Of a stretch of 59,133 nucleotides of DNA, positions 45,126 through 53,751 are shown piece after piece. The position numbers were made by a program, and so were the translations under genes. The stretch is from a virus. Below the pieces are notes generated by a model that was given only the letters and a program-made list of their open reading frames with translations, was not told where the DNA came from and ran no database searches. The stretch lies in IMG/VR virus record IMGVR_UViG_3300002098_000039. The stretch is one strand, 5' to 3'. Positions within the stretch are counted from its first letter, which is position 1, and each line of letters begins with the position of its first letter.

Positions 45126-45270
45126 CGGATTGCTAGGACGTGAGTGCAAGAATCCGTATAACTGGAAAGAAAAGCGAAAAATGCTGGCTTATCAGGCTGG
45201 CTATTCCAAAGGCAAGGAATTACGCCTCGATAACAACATAACACTAACTATAGAGGATGATAGACTATGA
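45097..45270 (+). CDS. Hypothetical small protein (57 aa), weakly ribosome-modulation-factor-like
   Basis: SD GAAAGGAAG. Pattern GICDGLLGRECKNPYNW...AYQAGYSKG. ATGA-coupled to the next gene. Confidence 0.35.
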   Translation: MKAYKIGICDGLLGRECKNPYNWKEKRKMLAYQAGYSKGKELRLDNNITLTIEDDRL

Positions 45271-45461
45271 AAGTTACACCCATTATCCCAACGTATAAGC
45301 CTGTAAACCCTCCCCCAAGGGCTTACATGGTGATACACCGTAACAAGCATGAAGTAGTTGCTGCTAACGGTGAGCGGTTTAGTCTGCCAGCGAAAGAAGC
45401 GTGGGCAAAATACGATGAACTAGAACGATCGGCAAACGCAAGGCGCAACAATAGAGAGTAA
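45267..45461 (+). CDS. Hypothetical protein
   Basis: ORF whose 3' end contains repeat copy C (45436-45476). Confidence 0.5.
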   Translation: MKVTPIIPTYKPVNPPPRAYMVIHRNKHEVVAANGERFSLPAKEAWAKYDELERSANARRNNRE

Positions 45462-45476
45462 AACAATTTAAAATCG
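45436..45476. repeat. Repeat copy C: ACGCAAGGCGCAAC-AA-TAGAGAGT-...-AAAATCG
   Basis: Matches copy D at 45904-45939. The core CGCAAGGCGC also occurs at 41953-41965 and 41972-41982. Confidence 0.8.
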
Positions 45477-45488
45477 GGATAGCGTATT

Positions 45489-45749
45489 ATGATAATGAAC
45501 AAAGAACCTAAAATGGAGTCATTGGAAGCCGCAGCAATCATAGCAGAAGTATTTGGCTATAGAGGTCAATCGAAAGCCGCTGCGGCGCTGCGGCGCACCG
45601 ATGCCACTATAAACCGCTGGTGCAATGGCGTAACGCCGGTGCGCTCGATGGAAGCGCGGGTATTGCGCTTGCTGCTGGCATTGCACCGCGCAGGGGTAGA
45701 CTGGCGGCCTATGCTGGAAGGGACTCGCGTAATGGATGATGTAATATGA
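45489..45749 (+). CDS. HTH-like (Cro/YdaS-type) small regulator candidate
   Basis: GQSKAAAALRRTDATINRWCNGVTPV resembles a helix-turn-helix. Confidence 0.45.
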   Translation: MIMNKEPKMESLEAAAIIAEVFGYRGQSKAAAALRRTDATINRWCNGVTPVRSMEARVLRLLLALHRAGVDWRPMLEGTRVMDDVI

Positions 45750-45904
45750 ACTACCGGGATAAAGTACTATCGCGTAAGGAGCTGGATATTCTGGTCAGGC
45801 GATGGGAAGGCGGGGACATTATCGACACGAAGCTATTGATCCGCGAACTGATTAAGGTTTTCAGGGCTTGTGAGGCGGAGCGGCGTCGGGATAGCGTAAT
45901 CTGA
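45746..45904 (+). CDS. Hypothetical small protein (52 aa)
   Basis: ATGA-coupled; translated by hand. Confidence 0.4.
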   Translation: MNYRDKVLSRKELDILVRRWEGGDIIDTKLLIRELIKVFRACEAERRRDSVI

Positions 45905-45939
45905 CGCAAGGCGCAACGGTAGAGAGTTAAATAAAATCG
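45904..45939. repeat. Repeat copy D: ACGCAAGGCGCAAC-GG-TAGAGAGT-TAAATAAAATCG
   Basis: Direct comparison with copy C. Confidence 0.8.
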
Positions 45940-47999
45940 TCCACGTTGTTTTTGCTGAAAGGCAAATAACTAAGGAAAACTTCATCTGCTTTTCCTTTTA
46001 TTGCTTTTTTATCACGGTGGATGAAGCCTAGTTCGCCGGTGCATACGCCATCGGGGAAAAGGCGGGTTATTTTAGTGGATAATGCGCCTTCTTTGGCATC
46101 GGCGTACAGCGCGTGATCGTTGGTTTTCAGGATAGCCACAACGTCTTTTTGCTTTATTTCTCCCCGACTGCGTAGTATGGCCTCGATAGCGATAACCAAT
46201 TCTTTAACGCTATCTTTGCGTGTATCGACTTTAGCAAGATTGGCGGGTTTAAGTACGCCTACGCTTTCATTGTCCTGGCCTACGGCAACGCCGATACGCT
46301 CAAAATACATCTGGTGTTCGCCTGGTGCCGACATATTGGCTTTGGCTTGTTCAAGCAGTAGGTAGCGGAAACGCTGGTCTTCTTCCATGCCCCGGCGTTT
46401 GGCATCCGCTTTGCTCATGACGTTGAGCGTGTAGGCGACACGCACGATTCCGCCAAGGCTGGAAGCGCCACGGGCGGAATCGAGATTGCCGTTATGACCC
46501 TCACTGCCGGACTGAGTAAGTTTGCGAGTGTGGTGCACAAGAATAACGGCGCAATTAGCGCGGTTGGCTACTTCAGCGTACAGATTGCCAACAATAATCA
46601 TTTCTTCGTTTTTGTTTTCATCGGCGGGGTGGGTCATGGCCAGTGGGTCTACAATAAGCATCTTTACATTATGCTTAATCAGATACTCGGTGAGTTCCTT
46701 GGCCTGATGGGCTACAATCTTTCCGTGTTTATCGCGTTTGGCAATGGTGAGCGGGGCATTATCACGTCCGTTGAGTAGGAGCCGTGAGCCGTCTATGGCG
46801 TCGCTGATGTCTGCGTTGCTAATGTCGTAATGCAGGCCAGCCGCAACTAAGCGGCGCGATTGTTCCTCGATATTGTCCTCGTTATTGAAAATAGCGACCG
46901 TACCTTTGCCAAGGGAATCTATTCCGAAGATGTCACGTCCTGCGGCTTTGCTTAGTCCTATGCCGAGGGTGAGTGTAGTTTTACCAACACCTGGTGGTGC
47001 GATGATGAGCGTCACGTTTTTGGCAAGTGCCAGCTTGCCGTAAACCCATTCGCGGGCAGGAAACGATTTAGCGTCAGGGAGCAGGAAACCTTCACTAAAG
47101 CGTGTTGCAGTTTTTGGTTCTTCCGGTTTAGTGCCAAAATCGTCTTTCGGAATATCGAACTCAGCATGCGGTGATGTTGCGCCGGTGGCATTGTGTGCGT
47201 AACGGTAAGCGTTTTCTGCTTTTTTTCTTAAATCCTCCGGCTCCCAAGTAGGCGCGCATTTCGGATTCCAGTGTTCGAGCGCAAGCTCCATAGCGGTTTC
47301 CATCGAAATGCCTCGCTCTTTAAGCTTGCAAAAAGTAACATAAGTGTGCTGGTCGCCGCCATCGTCCTCAATGGCGGGTGGATGGTTTTGCAGGAATTCG
47401 ATAGCAGCGGCGATGTCGCCCTCGTTATCTTCGATAATAGTTTTGCCGCTGTTTCTTGCGCTGATTGGCTCCGCTTTTCCTATAGCAGTAAGTTTTTCTT
47501 CCAACCAAGTAGGCAATGGTTTTGGAGCGATATTGTTAAACAAGGTGTATTCGCCATTTGCTTTTGTACTACCAGCAGCAACGTAGAAGCCACCATCACC
47601 GCGTACATCGATGCCTGGTGCCAATTTTTCAACGCTATTCTTAAAACCCGCCGCTCTATAGATAAGATGGAAACCATTGGAAGGTGTTTTTTGGACATGT
47701 GTCTCGCCCCAACCGAATTCTGTTTCCCAAGCTTCATATGATTCTCTACCCAGCTTTCCATTCTTTACATCAATGTCAATGGCGGTGACACCAGACTTGT
47801 AACAATCTACGCCAATATTATAATCTTGCTCCCAACCGGTAATAGGGCAAATGAACCATTTTTTGATTGTGTCGGGATTTACTGTGGACGCCTCGCGCCA
47901 ATTGATAGCAGCAAGGGGAAATGAAGTATTAGGGGCGAGCCGGAAGATGTAGAAGCCATCAGACGCGAGCCGTAGTGCGTGTTCGAGCTTAGTCGCCAT
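45927..47999 (-). CDS. Bifunctional primase-polymerase (prim-pol) / RecA-fold helicase
   Basis: N-terminal prim-pol motifs (AIDIDVKNGK, GFHLIYR, DVRGDGGFYVAAGS). C-terminal P-loop IIAPPGVGKTT with Walker B MLIVDP. Inverted relative to its neighbours. Confidence 0.85.
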   Translation of the reverse strand: MATKLEHALRLASDGFYIFRLAPNTSFPLAAINWREASTVNPDTIKKWFICPITGWEQDYNIGVDCYKSGVTAIDIDVKNGKLGRESYEAWETEFGWGETHVQKTPSNGFHLIYRAAGFKNSVEKLAPGIDVRGDGGFYVAAGSTKANGEYTLFNNIAPKPLPTWLEEKLTAIGKAEPISARNSGKTIIEDNEGDIAAAIEFLQNHPPAIEDDGGDQHTYVTFCKLKERGISMETAMELALEHWNPKCAPTWEPEDLRKKAENAYRYAHNATGATSPHAEFDIPKDDFGTKPEEPKTATRFSEGFLLPDAKSFPAREWVYGKLALAKNVTLIIAPPGVGKTTLTLGIGLSKAAGRDIFGIDSLGKGTVAIFNNEDNIEEQSRRLVAAGLHYDISNADISDAIDGSRLLLNGRDNAPLTIAKRDKHGKIVAHQAKELTEYLIKHNVKMLIVDPLAMTHPADENKNEEMIIVGNLYAEVANRANCAVILVHHTRKLTQSGSEGHNGNLDSARGASSLGGIVRVAYTLNVMSKADAKRRGMEEDQRFRYLLLEQAKANMSAPGEHQMYFERIGVAVGQDNESVGVLKPANLAKVDTRKDSVKELVIAIEAILRSRGEIKQKDVVAILKTNDHALYADAKEGALSTKITRLFPDGVCTGELGFIHRDKKAIKGKADEVFLSYLPFSKNNVDDFI

Positions 48000-48099
48000 C
48001 TATATAATCTCTGAAAGCTGAAAATATGAACCACCAATGTAGTACAAAGGCTTCATGAATGTAAAGTGGAAAATGTAGTTAGTAAGATACATTTTTATG

Positions 48100-48126
48100 T
48101 TGCAGTTTTTGAAAAGGTGATATAAT
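48100..48126 (+). promoter_or_regulatory. Candidate promoter with extended -10 (TTGCAG-15 nt-TGaTATAAT)
   Basis: -35 at 48100-48105, TG at 48118-48119, TATAAT at 48121-48126. Lies in the divergent intergenic region between the primase gene and 48138. Confidence 0.45.
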
Positions 48127-48137
48127 GTTCGTACACT

Positions 48138-48344
48138 ATGATGACAAACAAAACATTATTAAACGACATAGAACGCTTTATAGAAAAGTTTGGCATGTCG
48201 CCATCAGGATTTGGGCGGTTGTTTCTCAACAACCCTAATTTTGTTAGCGATCTACAGAAAGGCGAAGATACGTTCTCTCCTAAAATGAAGACAGTGAACA
48301 AACTAAAAGTATTGATGAAAAACTATAAACCGAAAAAAGGATAG
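48138..48344 (+). CDS. Small HTH-like protein
   Basis: ORF with the pattern FIEKFGMSPSGFGRLFLNNPNFVSDL. Confidence 0.5.
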   Translation: MMTNKTLLNDIERFIEKFGMSPSGFGRLFLNNPNFVSDLQKGEDTFSPKMKTVNKLKVLMKNYKPKKG

Positions 48345-48349
48345 AAGCC

Positions 48350-48763
48350 ATGCCCGATCCAATTCGTAAACAAGTGCTCGATAAAGCGGCAACTGCCACG
48401 TTAGGCGATAGGGCTAGAGCGTATGGAACACCAACGCCTAACATGACCTGCGCGGGAAAGTTAAAAACCATATACCAGTTGTACGCTGGCGATAAGTACA
48501 GTTTAGCGCATGATGAAGCCATTGAGCTATTGTTAACTAAGATCGGGCGTATCGCTACTGGCGAGAAAGGCCATTTAGATAATTACGTAGATGGAGCGGC
48601 GTATTTTGCTATCGCCGCAGAATGCCAGAGCGAAATTGATGCCCTTGATAAAGCCAACGCGGATCAATACGAACTACCGCTAGAAGGCAAAAAAGTGCAG
48701 GACATTAACGCCGCAGAATTTAAGCGGGTGAAACCGTTACCGTTTCCAAAGAAGAAAGTGTGA
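48350..48763 (+). CDS. DUF6378-like protein
   Basis: LGDRARAYGTP...LLLTKIGRIATGEKGHLDNYVDGAAYFAIAAE pattern. Confidence 0.5.
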   Translation: MPDPIRKQVLDKAATATLGDRARAYGTPTPNMTCAGKLKTIYQLYAGDKYSLAHDEAIELLLTKIGRIATGEKGHLDNYVDGAAYFAIAAECQSEIDALDKANADQYELPLEGKKVQDINAAEFKRVKPLPFPKKKV

Positions 48764-49275
48764 ACATGCGTTTCTTTCTCGGTATTGATCCGGGGTTGAG
48801 CGGAGCTTTAGCTTTTTTTGACCCATCGGCTAATGAGTTGGAAATATTTGATACACCTACACACGCAATAACTGTAAATAGCAAAAAGAAGAACCTAATT
48901 GATATGCATCAAATGGCCAACATAATTGATTGTAGATCATCCGACGTAAAGATGGCGGCGATTGAAGAAGTCGGCGCTATGCCGGGGCAGGGTGTGACCA
49001 GCATGTTTAGTTTCGGTTTTACTGCGGGCGCTACACAGATGGCAGTAATCGCCAACGGGGTCGGTCTAATGTTGGTTCGCCCGGCAGTATGGAAAAAAGC
49101 TATGGGCGTAACGGCGGATAAGGACGGGGCTAGGAGAATAGCTTCGCGGCTAATGCCAAAACATTCGGCTAAATGGACACGGGCTAAAGATGATGGGCGT
49201 GCGGAGGCTGCGTTAATCGCATTATGGTTAGCGCGTATGCAAATGGGCAGGATAACAGAAGCGGATTTGATATGA
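48760..49275 (+). CDS. ruvC: RuvC-like Holliday-junction resolvase
   Basis: FLGIDPGLSGALAFF and AIEEVGAMPGQGVTSMFSFG motifs. Confidence 0.8.
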   Translation: MNMRFFLGIDPGLSGALAFFDPSANELEIFDTPTHAITVNSKKKNLIDMHQMANIIDCRSSDVKMAAIEEVGAMPGQGVTSMFSFGFTAGATQMAVIANGVGLMLVRPAVWKKAMGVTADKDGARRIASRLMPKHSAKWTRAKDDGRAEAALIALWLARMQMGRITEADLI

Positions 49276-50561
49276 CCCCCTTCCCCTACCAACTCACCGG
49301 CATTGACTTTTTAGCTTCTAGGCGGCGGTGCCTGTTGCTCGATGATCCGGGCACTGGTAAAACGTTGCAGCTTATTAAAGCCGCTGAAAAGGTGAATGGC
49401 GACATGGGCACTATCTGCCCTGCGAGCGTGGTCAGGCAATGGGAGAAAGCGTATGCGGGGTTATCTCGGTCAGGCAAAACATTCAATGCGTATTCCTACG
49501 AAAAGGCTAGGGATAAGGGTATCTGCGGAAGCCCCACTGTACTCAGTCTCGATGAGATTCATTACCTCAATAACCCGAATTCCGGACGGACGGTTGCAAT
49601 TCTCGGTCGTGAACGATACGGTTCTGATGGCCATATATTTAAGGCCGAATACGTATGGGGGGCCACCGGCACTTGGATGACCCGTGACCCATCGGTGCTT
49701 TACCAAACCATGTTCGCTGTGATCCCCGGTTCGCTGGTTCTGAAAAATGGCAACACCATGTCATATTGGCAATTCATGAAAAAGTTCTGCGTGATGTATG
49801 ATTCCGGTAACGGAATGAGAGTGGTTAATAGTCAGAACTTAGATGAACTGCGTGACAGGTTAGCCCCGTTTATTTTGCGCCGTACTAAAGCCGATGTACG
49901 CAAGGATTGGAGAGAACCAGTCACAGCGGAATTGTGGCTTGATGCGTCCAAGGCTGGCGCTGATATGCGTAAGGAAGAACTAGAACCGGAAGCCCGCAAC
50001 GTCGCTGAGGCTTTTAACAAGGGAGGATTCAATGAGTTGGAAAGATTTGCGGATTGCGATTCTACAGGCATTAGTCGTTATCGCCGTTATTGTGGTCTGC
50101 TTAAAGTTATACCAGTTGTCACCTGGCTCTTAGATCAGTTTGATGATGGGTTAGAAAAAATCGTTGTGGTGTGCGTCCACAGAGAAGTGATTGAGGGCAT
50201 TCAAACGAAGCTGGCTGAGGCAGGAATACCCGCCTATGTCTATTATGGCGGCATGACTGGTAAAGAGAAAGACGCGGCGCGGGACGGTTTCATCGCTCGT
50301 GAGGGCAGGGCAGTGCTGATTGGCCAGATTGACGCGATGGGTACTGGAGTGGATGGTTTACAGACCGCCACCGGTCGGATGCTGTTTGTCGAGTGGTCGT
50401 GGATAGCCACACATAATTGGCAAGCATTGGATAGGCTCGATAGGATCGGGCAAGAGGAAAACGTACTAGGCCAGTTTGCCGCGTTTGAAGGGTCGCTTGA
50501 CGGTGCGATAATGACCGTTGCTGCCCGCAGGGCGAAAGACTCAAAACAACTATTTGGATAA
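49272..50561 (+). CDS. SNF2/DEAD-like helicase
   Basis: Motif I DDPGTGKT, motif II LDEIH and a C-terminal helicase domain. ATG 49272 overlaps the ruvC stop (ATGA). Confidence 0.8.
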   Translation: MTPFPYQLTGIDFLASRRRCLLLDDPGTGKTLQLIKAAEKVNGDMGTICPASVVRQWEKAYAGLSRSGKTFNAYSYEKARDKGICGSPTVLSLDEIHYLNNPNSGRTVAILGRERYGSDGHIFKAEYVWGATGTWMTRDPSVLYQTMFAVIPGSLVLKNGNTMSYWQFMKKFCVMYDSGNGMRVVNSQNLDELRDRLAPFILRRTKADVRKDWREPVTAELWLDASKAGADMRKEELEPEARNVAEAFNKGGFNELERFADCDSTGISRYRRYCGLLKVIPVVTWLLDQFDDGLEKIVVVCVHREVIEGIQTKLAEAGIPAYVYYGGMTGKEKDAARDGFIAREGRAVLIGQIDAMGTGVDGLQTATGRMLFVEWSWIATHNWQALDRLDRIGQEENVLGQFAAFEGSLDGAIMTVAARRAKDSKQLFG

Positions 50562-50570
50562 GGATTATTT

Positions 50571-51038
50571 ATGACTGTTACTATTACGATAAGTGGCGAG
50601 AACTCTTACGACGCTGTTACTGAAATTCGTAACTTCGCCAGCACACTGAAAGGCCAGACTACGGGAGGAGAGAAAACCGACCCTTTCGTAACTTCAGATG
50701 CAGTTGCGAAGACACCGGTGGTTGCATCGGTTACTGCTGCCGAACCTGAGAAGAAAACACGCAAAGCCAAAGAGGAAAAAGTAGCGGAGCCTAAAGCGGA
50801 AGTGCTGCCACCTGAAAAACCGAAATATGTTTTGCAGGATGCAATTGATCGTGCTCGTGAAATCGCTGGCGATGGCTCGAATGAAAAGATCATGATCGCT
50901 TTGAAGGGGATTAATACCCGCCTAGGCATTTCTAAGGTGCGCGAGATTCCGGCTGAAAAGTTGGATGGCTACATGGAAGAACTCGACAAAGAGTTTCCTC
51001 GTGTAGTTAAAGAAGAAACCGCTAATATGTTCGATTAG
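50571..51038 (+). CDS. Hypothetical protein
   Basis: ORF with ATG. Confidence 0.5.
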   Translation: MTVTITISGENSYDAVTEIRNFASTLKGQTTGGEKTDPFVTSDAVAKTPVVASVTAAEPEKKTRKAKEEKVAEPKAEVLPPEKPKYVLQDAIDRAREIAGDGSNEKIMIALKGINTRLGISKVREIPAEKLDGYMEELDKEFPRVVKEETANMFD

Positions 51039-51042
51039 TTCT

Positions 51043-52221
51043 ATGGCAGCACATGCGACCCTATCGGCTTCAGGTTCTTCGCGATGGATGTCGTGCCCGG
51101 GATCTATCCGCATGTCAGAAGGCATTGCGAACGAGAGCAGTCCTTATGCTAGAGAAGGCAGTGCTGCCCACGAAATAGGAGAAATGGCGTTACGCGAAAA
51201 CCGTGACGCCATTCACTATCTCGGTATTACATTAGAAAAATACCCGGAAATTAAGATCGACCATACGCTGTGCGCAGCGGTGCAACAATACCTCGATATG
51301 GTACGCTGGGAAATCGAACGCTATGAACTAGCCGGTTATGACGATTACGAGCTGGGGATTGAGATACGTTTCGATCTTACGCATATCGATCCCGATATGT
51401 TTGGGACTTGCGATTGCATACTTTATTTTCCAGCGTGGAAGCGTTTACATGTGATAGACTATAAACATGGGTGGGCATCGGTGCCGGTAGAACGTAACCC
51501 GCAGACCATGTACTATGCGTTAGGAGCTGTGACCGGAAAACACAACCGTGAAGTGACGCATGTTGAATTGGTAATCGTTCAGCCGCGCACCGGCCAGCAT
51601 ACAGCGGTAAAACGTTGGAGCTGCCCCGTTAGCGAAGTTATGGCGTTCAAAGATGAACTATTAGCAGCAGCGGCGAAAACCCGCGAAGCCGGATCAGCGC
51701 TAATACCGGGCGAGTGGTGTAAGTTTTGCCCAGCGGCAGCGGTGTGTGGTACTTTAGCAAAGAGAGTAGGAGAATTAGTTATGCTACAACAAGACCCAAT
51801 TGAAGGCGCAGTGTTGCCCAACCCTGAAAAGATACCTTTCGATAAATTGAAATCAATCTGGGAACACGCATCTATGATCGAAGCGTGGGTTAAGAACGTA
51901 AAGTCCTATTGCCATAAGCAAGCACTCGAAGGCAACTTACTTCCCGGTACAAAGTTGGTCGAGGGCCGAGCGAACCGTGACTGGAAGGATGAAGCCGAAG
52001 CGATGAAAAGTCTGCAAGGTATGAAAGCCATAGGTGAAATTGATGGCGAGATATTTATAACCAAACTAAAATCGCCGGCGCAAGTCGAGGATATGCTGCC
52101 TAAGAGCGCCAAGAGCCGCATAGCTGACCTTTGGGCAAAGGGCAAAGGCGCGCTGACACTGGTGTCTGCGAGTGACGGGCGTTCAGATGCCAAGGTGGAT
52201 GCGATGAAGGAATTCTCCTAA
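51043..52221 (+). CDS. PD-(D/E)XK nuclease, DUF2800/Cas4-like
   Basis: N-terminal LSASGSSRWMSCPGS, DYKHG and a C-terminal Cys cluster WCKFCPAAAVCG. Confidence 0.7.
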   Translation: MAAHATLSASGSSRWMSCPGSIRMSEGIANESSPYAREGSAAHEIGEMALRENRDAIHYLGITLEKYPEIKIDHTLCAAVQQYLDMVRWEIERYELAGYDDYELGIEIRFDLTHIDPDMFGTCDCILYFPAWKRLHVIDYKHGWASVPVERNPQTMYYALGAVTGKHNREVTHVELVIVQPRTGQHTAVKRWSCPVSEVMAFKDELLAAAAKTREAGSALIPGEWCKFCPAAAVCGTLAKRVGELVMLQQDPIEGAVLPNPEKIPFDKLKSIWEHASMIEAWVKNVKSYCHKQALEGNLLPGTKLVEGRANRDWKDEAEAMKSLQGMKAIGEIDGEIFITKLKSPAQVEDMLPKSAKSRIADLWAKGKGALTLVSASDGRSDAKVDAMKEFS

Positions 52222-52277
52222 AAGGAGATTAGGGGCCGCGCCTTACAGCGGCAAACTGAAACTAAGGAACCTACACA

Positions 52278-52919
52278 ATGTTAGATCTAACCACGATAGA
52301 TAAAAACCTACTTGTATCGAGAAAAGCTAATAACGGCAATAACATCGTTATCTTTGGCCGTATGTCATGGCCGAAGCTGTTTACCGCAGAAGTCAATAAA
52401 GCAGATGCGGGTAAAGCAGATGCCAAAAAGAAGTTTCAATTAAACCTCCTTATCCCGCCATTGGCCGATCTCAGTTACCTGAAAGGCCGTTGTCAGGAAG
52501 TGGCAAAAGAACGTTGGGGTGATAAGCTCAAAGATATGAAGCTTAAATCCCCCTTCCTGAAAGCTGAAGACTATAAGTATGAAGGCCATCTCCCCGGCTG
52601 GACGTATATACGCCTTTCCGCGATTTCCAAGCCACAGGTGGTGGAAGCCAAAGACGGTGCCTTATTCCGTATCACCGAAGAAGATCCGGAGTTGGTGTAT
52701 TCGGGCCGCTGGGCGCAAGTAACGGTCAATCCGTTTGCTTACCCGAAAGCCGGAACGCAGGATCTCGGCAATCGCGGAATCAGCATCGGTCTGAACAACG
52801 TCAAGCTGCTGATGCACGATGAAAGCTTAGGCGGTCGCATCAAAGCTGAAGATGAGTTTGAAGCGGCTGAAGTGCCTGAAGGTTCGACCGGCGGCAGAAC
52901 CGTTGACGAGCTATTTTGA
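52278..52919 (+). CDS. DUF2815-like single-stranded DNA-binding protein candidate
   Basis: Follows the DUF2800 gene as in the usual DUF2800-DUF2815-polA modules. Contains FGRMSWPKLF. Confidence 0.5.
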   Translation: MLDLTTIDKNLLVSRKANNGNNIVIFGRMSWPKLFTAEVNKADAGKADAKKKFQLNLLIPPLADLSYLKGRCQEVAKERWGDKLKDMKLKSPFLKAEDYKYEGHLPGWTYIRLSAISKPQVVEAKDGALFRITEEDPELVYSGRWAQVTVNPFAYPKAGTQDLGNRGISIGLNNVKLLMHDESLGGRIKAEDEFEAAEVPEGSTGGRTVDELF

Positions 52920-53137
52920 TGATTGACCCGGATGATTTTGTAGATCCGGACAAAGCCGCCGAGATCGCAGAACTGGATAAGCTGCTAAGCAAACTCCAAG
53001 ACTGCGATCTCGACGTGTGGGATCAGGATTTCGTTGATGGGATGCTTAAACGGCTTACGCTGTTTAGCCATCGCGTCAATATAACGCCACGCCAGTGGGA
53101 ACAATTAGAAAGATTAAGGAGTCAGTACAATGCCTAA
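52916..53137 (+). CDS. Hypothetical protein
   Basis: ATGA-coupled ORF. Confidence 0.5.
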   Translation: MMIDPDDFVDPDKAAEIAELDKLLSKLQDCDLDVWDQDFVDGMLKRLTLFSHRVNITPRQWEQLERLRSQYNA

Positions 53138-53420
53138 AGCTATAGCAAAAACAGGCCATAACAGTAAGAGCATCACTGTAGAACAGCTTATTTCTATTAT
53201 CGAAAGAGTAGAAAAACTCAATGAAGAAAAAGCGGGAGTTCTCGAAAGTATTCGCGATATTTACGCAGAAGCGAAAGGTAATGGCTACACTGTCAAGGCC
53301 ATCCGTGAGTGCGTAAAACAACGCGCTATCGATGCGCAAGAACGCGAAGAGTTTGAAACAATACTTGATACTTATCGCGCAGCTATTGGCTTAATTCCCG
53401 AACTTGATGATGTTGTATGA
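53130..53420 (+). CDS. gapR: GapR-like (DUF2312) nucleoid-associated DNA-binding protein
   Basis: [47 protein letters not shown] closely resembles Caulobacter GapR ([44 protein letters not shown]). Confidence 0.8.
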   Translation: [96 protein letters not shown]

Positions 53421-53647
53421 GTGCTCTTATTCTCCAATTTGATAAAGGCTTTCTCAATAGCATTAACAGTGTCGATGCACGGCTTACTGCCGTTCTTCCA
53501 CCGCCACGCGGTCGAGAAATCCACCTTTGCCATAGCGCAAAAATCAGCAAGAGAAAGCGTATTAAGCGCATAGAGTCGCTTCATAACAGCTTTGTAAAAG
53601 AGTTTACCGTCATGGGCGTGATTAAGCAGAGGACTAACAGTTTTCAT
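53372..53647 (-). CDS. HTH (XRE/CI-like) repressor candidate
   Basis: LSLADFCAMAKVDFSTAWRWKNGSKP helix-turn-helix. Opposite strand; its 3' end overlaps the gapR-like 3' end by 49 nt. Confidence 0.6.
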   Translation of the reverse strand: MKTVSPLLNHAHDGKLFYKAVMKRLYALNTLSLADFCAMAKVDFSTAWRWKNGSKPCIDTVNAIEKAFIKLENKSTHTTSSSSGIKPIAAR

Positions 53648-53660
53648 TTAATTCCCTTTA

Positions 53661-53729
53661 TTGCGTTTACGCAATGTTTATTGTTGACTTATTCTTATGA
53701 ACAGTTCTACAATACTTGCGTAAACGCAA
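53661..53729. promoter_or_regulatory. Divergent control region: two TTGCGT-N2-ACGCAA palindromes bracketing a rightward promoter
   Basis: O1 at 53661-53674 and O2 at 53716-53729. -35 TTGACT at 53684-53689, 18-nt spacer, -10 TACAAT at 53708-53713. Confidence 0.55.
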
Positions 53730-53751
53730 TAAGTCAAGAAGGAGAATAAGT

